25,988 bases of DNA from positions 1-25,988 of the IMG/VR virus record IMGVR_UViG_3300048848_000268, one strand, 5' to 3'. Source of the stretch: a virus (lineage: Duplodnaviria; Caudoviricetes). A model generated the notes under the pieces. It was given only the letters and a program-made list of their open reading frames with translations. It did not search any database and had not been told where the DNA came from. Below are positions 5,910 through 14,366 of the stretch, piece after piece. The translations under genes and the position numbers were made by a program. Position 1 is the first letter of the stretch, and every line of letters begins with the position of its first letter.

Positions 5910-7157
5910 ATGGACGGACCGCGTCTCTCCATCATCCCCGCCTGGGTCATTCAAGACCCTCGTCTGAAGGGCAACAAGGATCTGGCCGTGCTGTGCATGC
6001 TCGGTCAGAACGCAAACACGCGTCACGGTTGGTGCCGGCGCAGCCAGGTCAAGCTCGCCGACGCGCTGAATTGCTCGCGCTCGACGGTGCAGGCCTCTAT
6101 CAATCGGCTTGTCGAAGTGGGCGCAGTCGAACGCCGCGTCGTCGAGAGTGTCAGCGGGCGTGACAGCGCCCATTGGTACCGCGTGATCTATGATTCGAAG
6201 GTTCAAAGCTATGCGCTGGCTGCATGGGATGCGGCCGATGAAGAGGAATTTGGTCCTATGGACGCTGCTGAAAACGGCGACACCCCTGCCGTTATACCGG
6301 CACCCCCTGCCTACCCAGAGCAGGCACCCCCTGCCGGTCCAGGATCGGCACCTATTAACGCCTCTACCTTAACGCCTCCTGTTAAACGAGAAGAGAGAGA
6401 GAGCGCGAGCGTTGACGATGAAGGGGAAGAAAATCCCAAGGCGGTGGAGCGACGGTTCCGCAAGTGGTGGTCGACCTGGCCGAGCTATACCGTGGACAAT
6501 GAGCAGGCGACGAGGCGCGCCTGGCAGGATCTGACGGAAGAGCAGCGAAGGACTTGTGAAGAACGGACGCCAGACTACCTGGCAGCAGCTAAGGCGAGCG
6601 GGCGCAAGTTCGTAAAGGCTTCTGCGACCTACCTGTCAGAGCGGGCGTGGGAGCGGCTGAACGACAAGCCGGCTGCGACCTCGGCTGGACCGGCAACGTT
6701 CAACGCTTACTCGCGCCCTTGGAGCGCCCTGAGGCTTGCAGAGCTTTCCAAGCACCCTTTGCCTCTCACGCTGGACCGCTACGAAGAGCTGGTGATCGCC
6801 AAAAGCCCTGAGAAGGAGGCGATGATCTGGCGCGACAAACGCATGCAGAAAGGCTGGCCGGAAGCGATCAGGCTGCACGAAGCGGCGGTCAACCGAAAGC
6901 CAGTGGCAGTGCCGCCGAATATCGTCGCCATCTCCCAGTACTTTGACAAGGTCGAGGTGGGCAGTCCGACTTGGGAGGCATGGAAGCGGCTGCACCATGA
7001 GCGAGGGTGGCCGTGGCTGCCGGAGCCTAAGGGTCTGGCCTTCGTGCAGTTCCCGGTCCTGCCGGATGGCATAGAGGATCCTGATGAGGCTGTGGCGCAG
7101 GCACTGAAGCATTTCCAGAGACAGCTGATCGAGAGGCGGGACGATGATGCAGCATGA
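5910..7157 (+). CDS. Phage replication initiator-like protein with N-terminal winged HTH (415 aa)
   Basis: GWCRRSQVKLADALNCSRSTVQASINRLVEVGAV (HTH_36-like), a Pro-rich linker carrying DNA repeats, and a central F..WW..WP...ATYL...W domain typical of phage O-like initiators. Confidence 0.75.
   Translation: MDGPRLSIIPAWVIQDPRLKGNKDLAVLCMLGQNANTRHGWCRRSQVKLADALNCSRSTVQASINRLVEVGAVERRVVESVSGRDSAHWYRVIYDSKVQSYALAAWDAADEEEFGPMDAAENGDTPAVIPAPPAYPEQAPPAGPGSAPINASTLTPPVKREERESASVDDEGEENPKAVERRFRKWWSTWPSYTVDNEQATRRAWQDLTEEQRRTCEERTPDYLAAAKASGRKFVKASATYLSERAWERLNDKPAATSAGPATFNAYSRPWSALRLAELSKHPLPLTLDRYEELVIAKSPEKEAMIWRDKRMQKGWPEAIRLHEAAVNRKPVAVPPNIVAISQYFDKVEVGSPTWEAWKRLHHERGWPWLPEPKGLAFVQFPVLPDGIEDPDEAVAQALKHFQRQLIERRDDDAA
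6279..6385 (+). repeat. Iteron-like repeats, probable phage replication origin inside the initiator gene
   Basis: GGCACCCCCTGCC at 6299-6311 and 6323-6335, variant GACACCCCTGCC at 6279-6290, half copy GGCACC at 6347-6352. TTAACGCCTC follows twice (6355, 6369). Confidence 0.7.
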
Positions 7158-7791
7158 CAAGATGACCGGATCGCCAATCGCACTGGTAGGACGGGAGCGA
7201 TTTGAAGACCGTATGCGCCGAATCGCAGCGAAGAACCTGAAGGAAGCCTCCATGAATGTGACAGAGCAACATCCTGATTCGGCACGCTGGTACTGCTTGC
7301 ACGTGATGAAGGGACACGAATTCGCTGTGGAAAAAGAACTACAGGCAGCCAAGGTGGAAGCCTATGTGCCACGTGAGAAGGCTATGCAGGTGCGGCATGG
7401 ACGCAAGGTTGAGGTCGAAAGGCCTTATCTTGGAGGCTACCTGCTGGTGCGCTGCGTGCCGTCTGCTGCAGCCTTCCACGGGCTGCGGCGGCAGCCGCAT
7501 GTGATCGACATGGTGGGCGGTGACGACGGTCGATACTACGTGATCACTGATGCGGAAGTAGCTGTATTCAAAGCCTTATTCGACAGCATCGACGTCTCCA
7601 GAATGCCTACCAACAAGTCCTTCGCAGATGGTGATAAAGCCGAGGTCATCATCGGACCGTTCAACGGTTTCAGTTGCTTGGTGACCAAGGTCGCATGGTG
7701 CAGAGAAGCTTGGGCTTCGGTCGTCATTGAAGTGTCTGGACGGGTATTCCCGATCTCACGCATCCCTCTTGCGTTCCTGAAGAAGCTGTGA
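7144..7791 (+). CDS. NusG-family transcription antiterminator paralog (NGN + KOW), late-gene regulator position
   Basis: WYCLHV..GHE, AYVP, PYLGGYLLV (NGN domain) and GDKAEVIIGPFNGF (KOW). It is the last early gene before the packaging module. Confidence 0.88.
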   Translation: MMQHDKMTGSPIALVGRERFEDRMRRIAAKNLKEASMNVTEQHPDSARWYCLHVMKGHEFAVEKELQAAKVEAYVPREKAMQVRHGRKVEVERPYLGGYLLVRCVPSAAAFHGLRRQPHVIDMVGGDDGRYYVITDAEVAVFKALFDSIDVSRMPTNKSFADGDKAEVIIGPFNGFSCLVTKVAWCREAWASVVIEVSGRVFPISRIPLAFLKKL

Positions 7792-7940
7792 GAGTCATTC
7801 TCTCACTGGACGAGCAAGACGTGTACACCCTCAGATGCCGGGACTTGATCCCGCCAGAGCAGACTTCGATCTGCAGGGAACAGTACCACTTGCCCCAGCC
7901 CTTCCAGCCTCACCACTGAGGCACCGATTCAGGGCAAGTG
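7788..7940 (+). other. Structured late leader region
   Basis: Inverted repeats GTGAGAG/CTCTCAC (7788-7806), CGGGA/TCCCG (7839-7853), GCAGA/TCTGC (7859-7874), and CACTTGCCC/GGGCAAGTG (7887-7940) enclosing GCCTCA/TGAGGC. Confidence 0.55.
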
Positions 7941-7961
7941 CTACCGCTATGACCAGATGAT

Positions 7962-7986
7962 GAGGCGACCGAGTGGTCGCCTTTCG
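7962..7986 (+). terminator. Probable intrinsic terminator (tR'-like) ahead of the late operon
   Basis: AGGCGACC-GAGT-GGTCGCCT perfect 8-bp stem followed by a short T run (weak U-tract). Confidence 0.55.
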
Positions 7987-7999
7987 CGCATCTAGAAGT

Positions 8000-8365
8000 A
8001 TGGCCCCACGTCTCACTACCCTCAAGCCAAGGCTGACAGCCTTGGCTCCTCGTCTCGGTTCGGCACCTGGTGATGAGAAGGCTCGCCATCGGGAGCGCGA
8101 CCAGAACCTAGAGCATCGCAAGTGGTACAAGACCGCACGCTGGCAGAAGCTGCGGATGTCGGTCCTAGTCGATGACCTGTTCACCTGCCAGATGCCGGGC
8201 TGCGGTCGGATCGAGGGCAACACTTCGCTGCTCGTGGCTGACCACAAGAAGCCTCACCATGGCGATGAGCGGTTGTTCTGGGACAAGCAGAACCTGCAGT
8301 GCCTGTGCAAGCCGTGCCACGACAAGCTGAAGCAGAAAGAGGAGCGGGCGCAGGCTCGTTGGTGA
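8000..8365 (+). CDS. HNH endonuclease, terminase-associated (HK97 gp74-like; 121 aa)
   Basis: CQMPGC...VADHKKPHHG...NLQCLCKPCH motif, immediately upstream of the terminase genes. Confidence 0.9.
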   Translation: MAPRLTTLKPRLTALAPRLGSAPGDEKARHRERDQNLEHRKWYKTARWQKLRMSVLVDDLFTCQMPGCGRIEGNTSLLVADHKKPHHGDERLFWDKQNLQCLCKPCHDKLKQKEERAQARW

Positions 8366-8369
8366 TCCG

Positions 8370-8543
8370 ATGGCAGAAGTGAAGCTGGATGCAAGCGAAG
8401 TCATGGAAAGCCTATCTATTCGGCTGACCATGCCCAAGGCCTTCGGACCTCGGATGTGGGTGGCTGGTCGTCTTATCTGGTTGGCCCGCCTCATCAGCCC
8501 CGTCAAGATCGAGGCGAAGGTCGTCGACGGCGACGAGGCCTGA
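8370..8543 (+). CDS. Small hypothetical protein (57 aa; not in ORF track)
   Basis: ATG 8370 to TGA 8543 encodes MAEVKLDASEVMESLSIRLTMPKAFGPRMWVAGRLIWLARLISPVKIEAKVVDGDEA. It starts 4 nt after the HNH stop and has phage-like codon usage. Confidence 0.6.
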   Translation: MAEVKLDASEVMESLSIRLTMPKAFGPRMWVAGRLIWLARLISPVKIEAKVVDGDEA

Positions 8544-8550
8544 CCTTCAA

Positions 8551-8622
8551 GGGGGGGCGGATCGAAAGTCTGGAAGACCCCTCAGCCCTAGACCCGCGTC
8601 CCCCTCATTCGGAGATTTTTTT
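8551..8622 (+). other. Probable cos packaging region
   Basis: Non-coding gap between the HNH module and terS with a G7 run, central GACCCGCGTC, C-runs and a T7 run. The position is the usual cos location for HK97-like phages; the exact cut site is unknown. Confidence 0.5.
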
Positions 8623-8625
8623 CTC

Positions 8626-9114
8626 GTGAGCACGAACTTTGACCTGCTCGGCGACCCCATTCCAGACGGGTGGGGGAAGCGGGGCCGGCCCCCACATATG
8701 GCGACCGAGAAAAACCGCAACAAAGTCATGTTGTTGCTGGCGATGGGTTGGAGCAACGCGCGGATTGCCAACGCTCTGGGGATCACCCAGCCCACTTTGC
8801 GGAAGAATTATTTTCAGCAGCTTCGCAGCCGTGAGGTTGCGCGGGATAGGCTCGAAGGAGCCCGCCTAGACCTCGCCTGGGATCTGGCAAAGGCCGGCAA
8901 TGTCGGCGCCATGCGTGAGTTTGCCAAGCTGATGGAACGGAACGACCGGATGGAGCTGGAACGAGAACTCTCAGCAGCTCCGAAACAGCCGGAGAAGCCG
9001 GCTCCCGCCGATCGTCTCGGCAAGAAGGTTATGGACGAGATGCGGGCTCTGGATGCCGACGCCGATCTGATGGCGGAGCTCGAACGGGAAGCAACGCAGA
9101 ATGCCCGCCACTGA
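8626..9114 (+). CDS. Terminase small subunit
   Basis: GGAG SD with GTG start. GRP motif and HTH (GWSNARIANALGITQPTLRKNY). Overlaps the terL start. Confidence 0.75.
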   Translation: MSTNFDLLGDPIPDGWGKRGRPPHMATEKNRNKVMLLLAMGWSNARIANALGITQPTLRKNYFQQLRSREVARDRLEGARLDLAWDLAKAGNVGAMREFAKLMERNDRMELERELSAAPKQPEKPAPADRLGKKVMDEMRALDADADLMAELEREATQNARH

Positions 9115-10813
9115 GGATCTTCCAAGGTTTGCTTGCCTGGACTGGTGGGCAAAGCTGCAGGCCTGCGAGACGCCCATGGCGGATGTCCCAGTCAATCGGG
9201 AGAAGGCCGCCAAGGCTCTGGCATTCTTCAATCGGCTGCGGCTGCCGGACGTGCCCGGCAACCCGACCTTGGCTGAAGCCTGCGGCGACTGGTTCCGAGA
9301 TATCCTTTGCGCCTTCCTTGCCAGCGAGGATCCAGACACGAAGCAGCGGTTGGTCTGGGAGCTGCTGTGCATGGTCCCGAAGAAGAATTCCAAGACCACC
9401 TATGTGGCGGCTCTGGGTCTGACGGCCCTCTTCATGGAAGAGGCTCCGAACCGGCAAATGCTGATCGTGGCGCCCAGCCAGAATATCTCGGAGCGCTGCT
9501 TCGGCCAGGCGCAGCTGATGGTCCAGGGGGACCCCAAGCTGGTAGAAATCTTCAGGGTGCAGGAGCACCTTAAGTGCATCACTCGTCGCAAGACAGGCAC
9601 GCAGCTGGACGTGAAGACGTTCGACACCTCCATCGTGACCGGTGAAATCCCGATCCTGACGATCATCGACGAGCTGCACGAACTGGGGAAGGCCTCCAAG
9701 GCCACCAGGGTGATGCAGCAGATCCGCGGCGGTGGCATCACCAAGCAACGCGGCCAGGTGTTGATGATCACCACCCAGTCGGATGAAGCGCCCGCCGGCA
9801 TCTGGCGGACAGAGCTGGACAAGGCGCGCGCGATCCGTGACGGCAAAGGTGGCGCTTCCCCGATCATGCTGCCGGTGCTCTACGAGTTCCCGCGTGAACA
9901 GCAGGTGAAGCAGGATTATTGGCGCGACCAGAAGAACTGGAAGTTCCTGCTCCCGAACCTTGGCCGCTCCATCGACCCGCAGGCGCTGATCGACGACTAC
10001 GAGAACAACGGGAAGGTCAACAAAGAGGCGGAGCAGATCTGGGCAAGCCAGCATCTGAACATCGAGATCGGCGTTGGCCTCGGTGGCGACGGCTGGTCTG
10101 GCGCCTTGCATTGGGCGAACTGCGTCGACCCGAAGCTGACAGGCCTCGACGTCCTGCTGAAGCGCTCCGAGGTCTGCACCATCGGCATTGACTGGGGTGG
10201 TGCTGACGACCTGGCGGCGCTCTACGTGATCGGCCGGGAGAAACACACAAAGAGGTGGCTCGGCTGGGGCAAAGCCTGGGCGCGTCCGACTGTCTTTGAG
10301 CAGCGCAAGAGCATCTCGCCGCGGCTGAAGCAGTTCGAGGAAGCCGGTGATCTGATCATCGCAAGATCTGGGGAAGAGCAGGCAGCATCCGCTGCGCAAA
10401 TCTGCAAGCAGGTGCTCGACAGTGGCCTTCTGCCAGAACAAGGCGGCATTGGCCTCGACAGCGCCGGGATCGCCCTGCTGCTCGATGCTCTGGAAGAGCT
10501 TGGTATTGAGCAACCTCTCATTCAGGCCGTGGCGCAGGGTTGGAAACTGCAGACGGCGATTTCGTCGGTTCCTCTGAAGCTTGAGGATGCCCGCTTCCTG
10601 CACGGCGACCAGCCGATGATGGCCTGGTCAGTCGGGAACGCGAAACAGACCCTCAGGGGCAGCAACTATGTGGTGACCAAGGAAGTCTCTGGCGCCGCAA
10701 AGATCGACCTGCTCATGGCCCTGTTCAACGCGGCCATGCTGATGTTCCAAAATCCAGAGATGGCGAGGCCCGTCGATATGAGCGACATCATCACAAATTC
10801 GGTATTCGTCTGA
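9101..10813 (+). CDS. terL: Terminase large subunit
   Basis: Walker A variant VPKKNSKTT, Walker B IIDELH, coupling motif ITT, nuclease GIDWG..DD and KID.LMAL motifs. Confidence 0.95.
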   Translation: MPATEDLPRFACLDWWAKLQACETPMADVPVNREKAAKALAFFNRLRLPDVPGNPTLAEACGDWFRDILCAFLASEDPDTKQRLVWELLCMVPKKNSKTTYVAALGLTALFMEEAPNRQMLIVAPSQNISERCFGQAQLMVQGDPKLVEIFRVQEHLKCITRRKTGTQLDVKTFDTSIVTGEIPILTIIDELHELGKASKATRVMQQIRGGGITKQRGQVLMITTQSDEAPAGIWRTELDKARAIRDGKGGASPIMLPVLYEFPREQQVKQDYWRDQKNWKFLLPNLGRSIDPQALIDDYENNGKVNKEAEQIWASQHLNIEIGVGLGGDGWSGALHWANCVDPKLTGLDVLLKRSEVCTIGIDWGGADDLAALYVIGREKHTKRWLGWGKAWARPTVFEQRKSISPRLKQFEEAGDLIIARSGEEQAASAAQICKQVLDSGLLPEQGGIGLDSAGIALLLDALEELGIEQPLIQAVAQGWKLQTAISSVPLKLEDARFLHGDQPMMAWSVGNAKQTLRGSNYVVTKEVSGAAKIDLLMALFNAAMLMFQNPEMARPVDMSDIITNSVFV

Positions 10814-12009
10814 TGGGTTTGTGGAAGCGCCTGTTCGGCAAAAAACTGACGGCTCGTGACGGGGAACTGTACGAGTATTACGACGGCGGTCAGACGTGGT
10901 CTGGTGAGCATGTCTCGACGCATGGCGCCCTCAACCTGTCCGCCTTTTGGGCTTGCACTCGTGTCACCGCCCAGACGATCGCCAGTCTGTCGCTGGAGGT
11001 CATGGAGCGTCGGGCCGATGGTGCCCGCATCCGGGTCAATGATCATCCCCTTCAGGAGCTTCTGGACGAGAGCCCGAATGCCGACCAGACCTCCGTCGAG
11101 TTCTGGGAGGGCAGAGTTCTTGGCCTTTGTACGTCCGGGAATGGCTTCGCGGAGAAGGTCTTTCAGGGTGACCGGCTGATCGCTCTCAATCCTATGCCCT
11201 ACGACACCGCTGTTGAGCGGCTGAAATCAGGTGACCTTCGGTATCGCTTCTATGATCGGGGCAAGACGATCGATCTCCCGGAGAAGAAGGTATTTCACCT
11301 CAAGGCCTTTGGTGACGGCGACGTCGGCATGTCTCCTGTGGCCTATGCAAGGCAGACGCTTGGAACAGCCATCGCTTCGGAGCGTGCTGCCGGACAGATG
11401 TTCGGCAACGGTATGCGGGCCAAGGGCTTCTTCACCTTTCCCAACCAGCTATCCCCTGAGCAGCGGGCGGAAGCTCGGAAGAACTTTGCAGAACGGTACA
11501 GCGGCCCGAACGCGCCGGGGGTGGGCATCCTTGAAGCTGGCGTTGACTTCAAGTCGGTGAACATCAACCCGCGCGATGCCGAAATGATCATGAACCGCCG
11601 GTTCAACGTTGAGGAAATCTGCCGCTGGCTTGGTGTGCCGCCGATTGTGATCGGCCATGCCGGCGAAGGGCAAACCATGTGGGGCACGGGCGTCTCTGCG
11701 ATTATGCAGAGCTGGCTCAATCTGGGTCTCCGGTCGCACCTGAAGCGGATCGAAAAAGCCATCTCAAAGCGGATCATGACGCCGGAAGAGCGCCGGCGCT
11801 TCAAGGTACGGTTCAACTACGAGGATCTCCTGCGCGGCGACAGCCAGGCGCGGGCTAGCTTCTACCAGGCGCTCCTCAATGCGGGCGTCATGACGATCAA
11901 CGAGGTGCGCAGGCTCGAAGGACTCGCTCCTGTGGACGGTGGCGATGTGCCCCGGATGCAAATGCAGAACGTCCCGATCACGGACGCTGGAAAGGAGAAC
12001 GGCCCATGA
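10813..12009 (+). CDS. Portal protein, HK97 family
   Basis: IASL, PN..QT..EFW, GNGF, G.SP, EEICRWLGVPP, and GVMTINEVR..EGL.P motifs. Confidence 0.95.
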   Translation: MGLWKRLFGKKLTARDGELYEYYDGGQTWSGEHVSTHGALNLSAFWACTRVTAQTIASLSLEVMERRADGARIRVNDHPLQELLDESPNADQTSVEFWEGRVLGLCTSGNGFAEKVFQGDRLIALNPMPYDTAVERLKSGDLRYRFYDRGKTIDLPEKKVFHLKAFGDGDVGMSPVAYARQTLGTAIASERAAGQMFGNGMRAKGFFTFPNQLSPEQRAEARKNFAERYSGPNAPGVGILEAGVDFKSVNINPRDAEMIMNRRFNVEEICRWLGVPPIVIGHAGEGQTMWGTGVSAIMQSWLNLGLRSHLKRIEKAISKRIMTPEERRRFKVRFNYEDLLRGDSQARASFYQALLNAGVMTINEVRRLEGLAPVDGGDVPRMQMQNVPITDAGKENGP

Positions 12010-12860
12010 GCCTCCGTAAACTGCCTGAGTTGCGCTGCCCCGATGGCTTGACCGGCTCCGCCCACATCACCGAAAAGGCCGCCAAGATGTATCGGCCAAT
12101 CGAAACGCCGAGAGCTGCCAGCGCCGACGGATTGGAGGTGATCAGCATTCTGGACGTCATCGGCTATGATTTCTGGAGCGGCGACGGTGTCACTGCCAAG
12201 CGGATTTCCGCAGCACTTCGGCAGATTGGCGATCGTCCTGTGACCGCCGTCATTAACTCCCCCGGCGGAGACTTTTTCGAAGGCGTCACGATCTACAACA
12301 TGCTTCGGGCACATCCGGCCAAGGTAACGGTCCAGATCCTCGGCATTGCCGCATCTGCCGCCTCCGTGATCGCCATGGCCGCCGACGAGATCCAGATTGC
12401 CAAGCTTGGCTTTATGATGATTCACAATACGCAGTGGGTCGCGGCCGGTGATCGGCACATCATGAACGAGACCGGCGAGATCATGGCGGTCTTCGACCAG
12501 GCGGCGGCGGAAATGTATGCCGAGCGCACCGGCAACGACATCAAAGCCGTTCAGGCCATGCTTGACGCAGAAACGTGGATGGCCGGTCAGGGCGCCGTCG
12601 ACAAGGGTTTTGCCGACACCACTGCGGATTTTGATATCCAGGAGAGCGGCGCCACCAACTCAGCGCCTGCCCTCTACCGCCTTGAGGCCGCGCTTGCGGC
12701 GGGCAAGCCTTTGCCGCGTGCCGAACGCCGAAGGCTGATGAAAGAGATTGTCGAAGGTAAGCCGGGCGCTGCCTCCGATCACGTCATGCCGAGCGCTGAC
12801 GACGATGCAATCGACCGCCTGCGACTTGCAGCGGCACGGTTGAGCCTCACGAGGGCCTAG
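12006..12860 (+). CDS. Head maturation protease, ClpP/S14 family
   Basis: INSPGGD, GIAASAAS (catalytic Ser), MMIHN (His), ETWM..AVDKGFAD. Sits between portal and capsid. Confidence 0.93.
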   Translation: MSLRKLPELRCPDGLTGSAHITEKAAKMYRPIETPRAASADGLEVISILDVIGYDFWSGDGVTAKRISAALRQIGDRPVTAVINSPGGDFFEGVTIYNMLRAHPAKVTVQILGIAASAASVIAMAADEIQIAKLGFMMIHNTQWVAAGDRHIMNETGEIMAVFDQAAAEMYAERTGNDIKAVQAMLDAETWMAGQGAVDKGFADTTADFDIQESGATNSAPALYRLEAALAAGKPLPRAERRRLMKEIVEGKPGAASDHVMPSADDDAIDRLRLAAARLSLTRA

Positions 12861-12895
12861 CGCCCGCTACCATTCCAACCCTACAGGAGGCCGTT

Positions 12896-14113
12896 ATGGC
12901 TGATGAAGTACGCGACCTGCTCAAGCAGGTCACGAACGACCTTTCGCGCGTGAACGACGAGTTCAGCAAGAAGGCTGAAGAATGCCTGACCGAGGTCAAG
13001 AATACCGGCAAGCTGTCGGAGCAGACCAAGGCAGAAGTCGATAAGATGGCAACGTCCCAGACGGAGCTTTCCGGAAAGCTGGAAGACCTCCAGGCCCGCC
13101 TTGGCGAAGTTGAGCAGAAGGGCGCCCGGCGCAGCGGCAATGGCGACGACAGCATGAAGTCAATCGGTCAGCAGGCCGTCGAACAACAGGCGCTCAAGGA
13201 CTTCGCCCAGAGCGTCCAGGGCGGCCGGCGCGTGAGTGTTCCCGTCAAGAACGTCCTCAGCACCGACATTGCGACCGGCGTTGTCGAGCCGCAGCGTCTG
13301 CCCGGCATTGACGTCATGCCGAAGCAGCGGCTGTTCATCCGTGACCTCATTGCTGGCGGGCGCACCACGTCTCCTGCCATCTTCTGGGTACAGCAGACAG
13401 GCTTCACAAACGCCGCGGCTGTGATCGCAACGGAAGGCACGGCCAAGCCGTATTCGAACATCGAGTTCGACACCAAGATCACCCCGGTCGTCACGATCGC
13501 GCACATGTTCAAGGCGTCCAAGCAGATCATGGACGACTTCGCCCAGCTGCAGTCGATGATCGACGCAGAGATGCGCTACGGCCTGAAGTACGTAGAGGAG
13601 CAGGAAATCCTGTTCGGCTCTGGCACCTCCGGCCATCTGGAAGGGATCGTGCCGCAGGCTTCGGCCTTCGCGCCTGCCTTCGCGCCTGACAACCGCACGC
13701 CGATCGATGATTTGCGCCTGGCAATCCTCCAGGCGCAGCTCGCACGCCTGCCGGTTGACGGCTTCGTGGTCCACTTCACCGATTGGGCCAGGATCGAACT
13801 CACGAAGGATGCCAATGGCGGCTACATCCTGGCAAATCCGCTCCGTATCGCCGGACCGACCCTCTGGGGCCGCCCGGTCGTCGAGACGGAAATTCCGGAA
13901 TTTGAGGGTGAGTTCCTTGCGGGGGCGTTCCGCACGGCGGCCCAGATCTTCGACCGTGAGGACGCCAACGTCGTGGTCTCCACCGAGAACGTCGATGACT
14001 TCGAGCGGAACATGGTCTCCATCCGCTGCGAGGAGCGGCTCGCACTCGCCGTCAAGCGTCCGGAAGCCTTCGTTACCGGCGCGTTCGGGACGGCGGTTGT
14101 CGTCACACCGTAA
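12896..14113 (+). CDS. Major capsid protein, HK97 family
   Basis: AGGAGG SD, coiled-coil N-terminal delta domain, EG..KP, EEQEILFGSG, TLWGRPVV and EERLALAVKRPEAF motifs. Confidence 0.96.
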   Translation: MADEVRDLLKQVTNDLSRVNDEFSKKAEECLTEVKNTGKLSEQTKAEVDKMATSQTELSGKLEDLQARLGEVEQKGARRSGNGDDSMKSIGQQAVEQQALKDFAQSVQGGRRVSVPVKNVLSTDIATGVVEPQRLPGIDVMPKQRLFIRDLIAGGRTTSPAIFWVQQTGFTNAAAVIATEGTAKPYSNIEFDTKITPVVTIAHMFKASKQIMDDFAQLQSMIDAEMRYGLKYVEEQEILFGSGTSGHLEGIVPQASAFAPAFAPDNRTPIDDLRLAILQAQLARLPVDGFVVHFTDWARIELTKDANGGYILANPLRIAGPTLWGRPVVETEIPEFEGEFLAGAFRTAAQIFDREDANVVVSTENVDDFERNMVSIRCEERLALAVKRPEAFVTGAFGTAVVVTP

Positions 14114-14132
14114 GCCAGTTCGGCTCATCAAG

Positions 14133-14158
14133 GCGGGCAGCTTCCGTTGCCCGCTCTA
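14133..14158 (+). terminator. Hairpin after capsid gene (weak terminator or mRNA-stabilising stem)
   Basis: GCGGGCAG-CTTCCG-TTGCCCGC with a poor U-tract. Confidence 0.4.
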
Positions 14159-14177
14159 TGAACCGAAGGAGGGCATC

Positions 14178-14366
14178 ATGAAACTTACCGCTTTGAAGAC
14201 ATTCCGGCACGGCTCCACCGTGTTCCGTCGAGATAGCCTCGTCACCATGAGCGAGGCCCAGGCAAAAACACTCATCGCCAAGGGTCTCGTCTCTGAGGCA
14301 AGGCCTGCTCCGAAGAAGGAAGAGGCGAAGGCGAAGGCAAAGCCGGAAGACACCAAGGGCGAATGA
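14178..14366 (+). CDS. Small Lys/Glu/Ala-rich head-associated protein (62 aa)
   Basis: AAGGAGG SD and ATG 14178 (MKLTALKTF...LIAKGLV). ATGA overlap with the connector gene. Common post-capsid position. Confidence 0.75.
   Translation: MKLTALKTFRHGSTVFRRDSLVTMSEAQAKTLIAKGLVSEARPAPKKEEAKAKAKPEDTKGE

Noticed and set aside
6355-6385. Three TTAA motifs as possible CtrA boxes in the origin
   Set aside because: Spacings are 10 and 9 nt, not the TTAA-N7-TTAA consensus.
7955-7990. TGATGA followed by a stem, resembling a hammerhead ribozyme core
   Set aside because: It reads ATGATGA rather than CTGATGA, and there is no GAAA after the stem; a terminator hairpin is the simpler explanation.
9029-10603. 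524-aa antisense ORF opposite terL
   Set aside because: Shadow frame caused by high-GC codon bias of the sense gene; no SD, motifs or plausible composition.
13160-14131. 323-aa antisense ORF opposite the capsid gene (and similar ones at 6636..7352, 16998..17648, 22721..23557)
   Set aside because: Same shadow-ORF effect; they overlap well-supported phage genes almost entirely.
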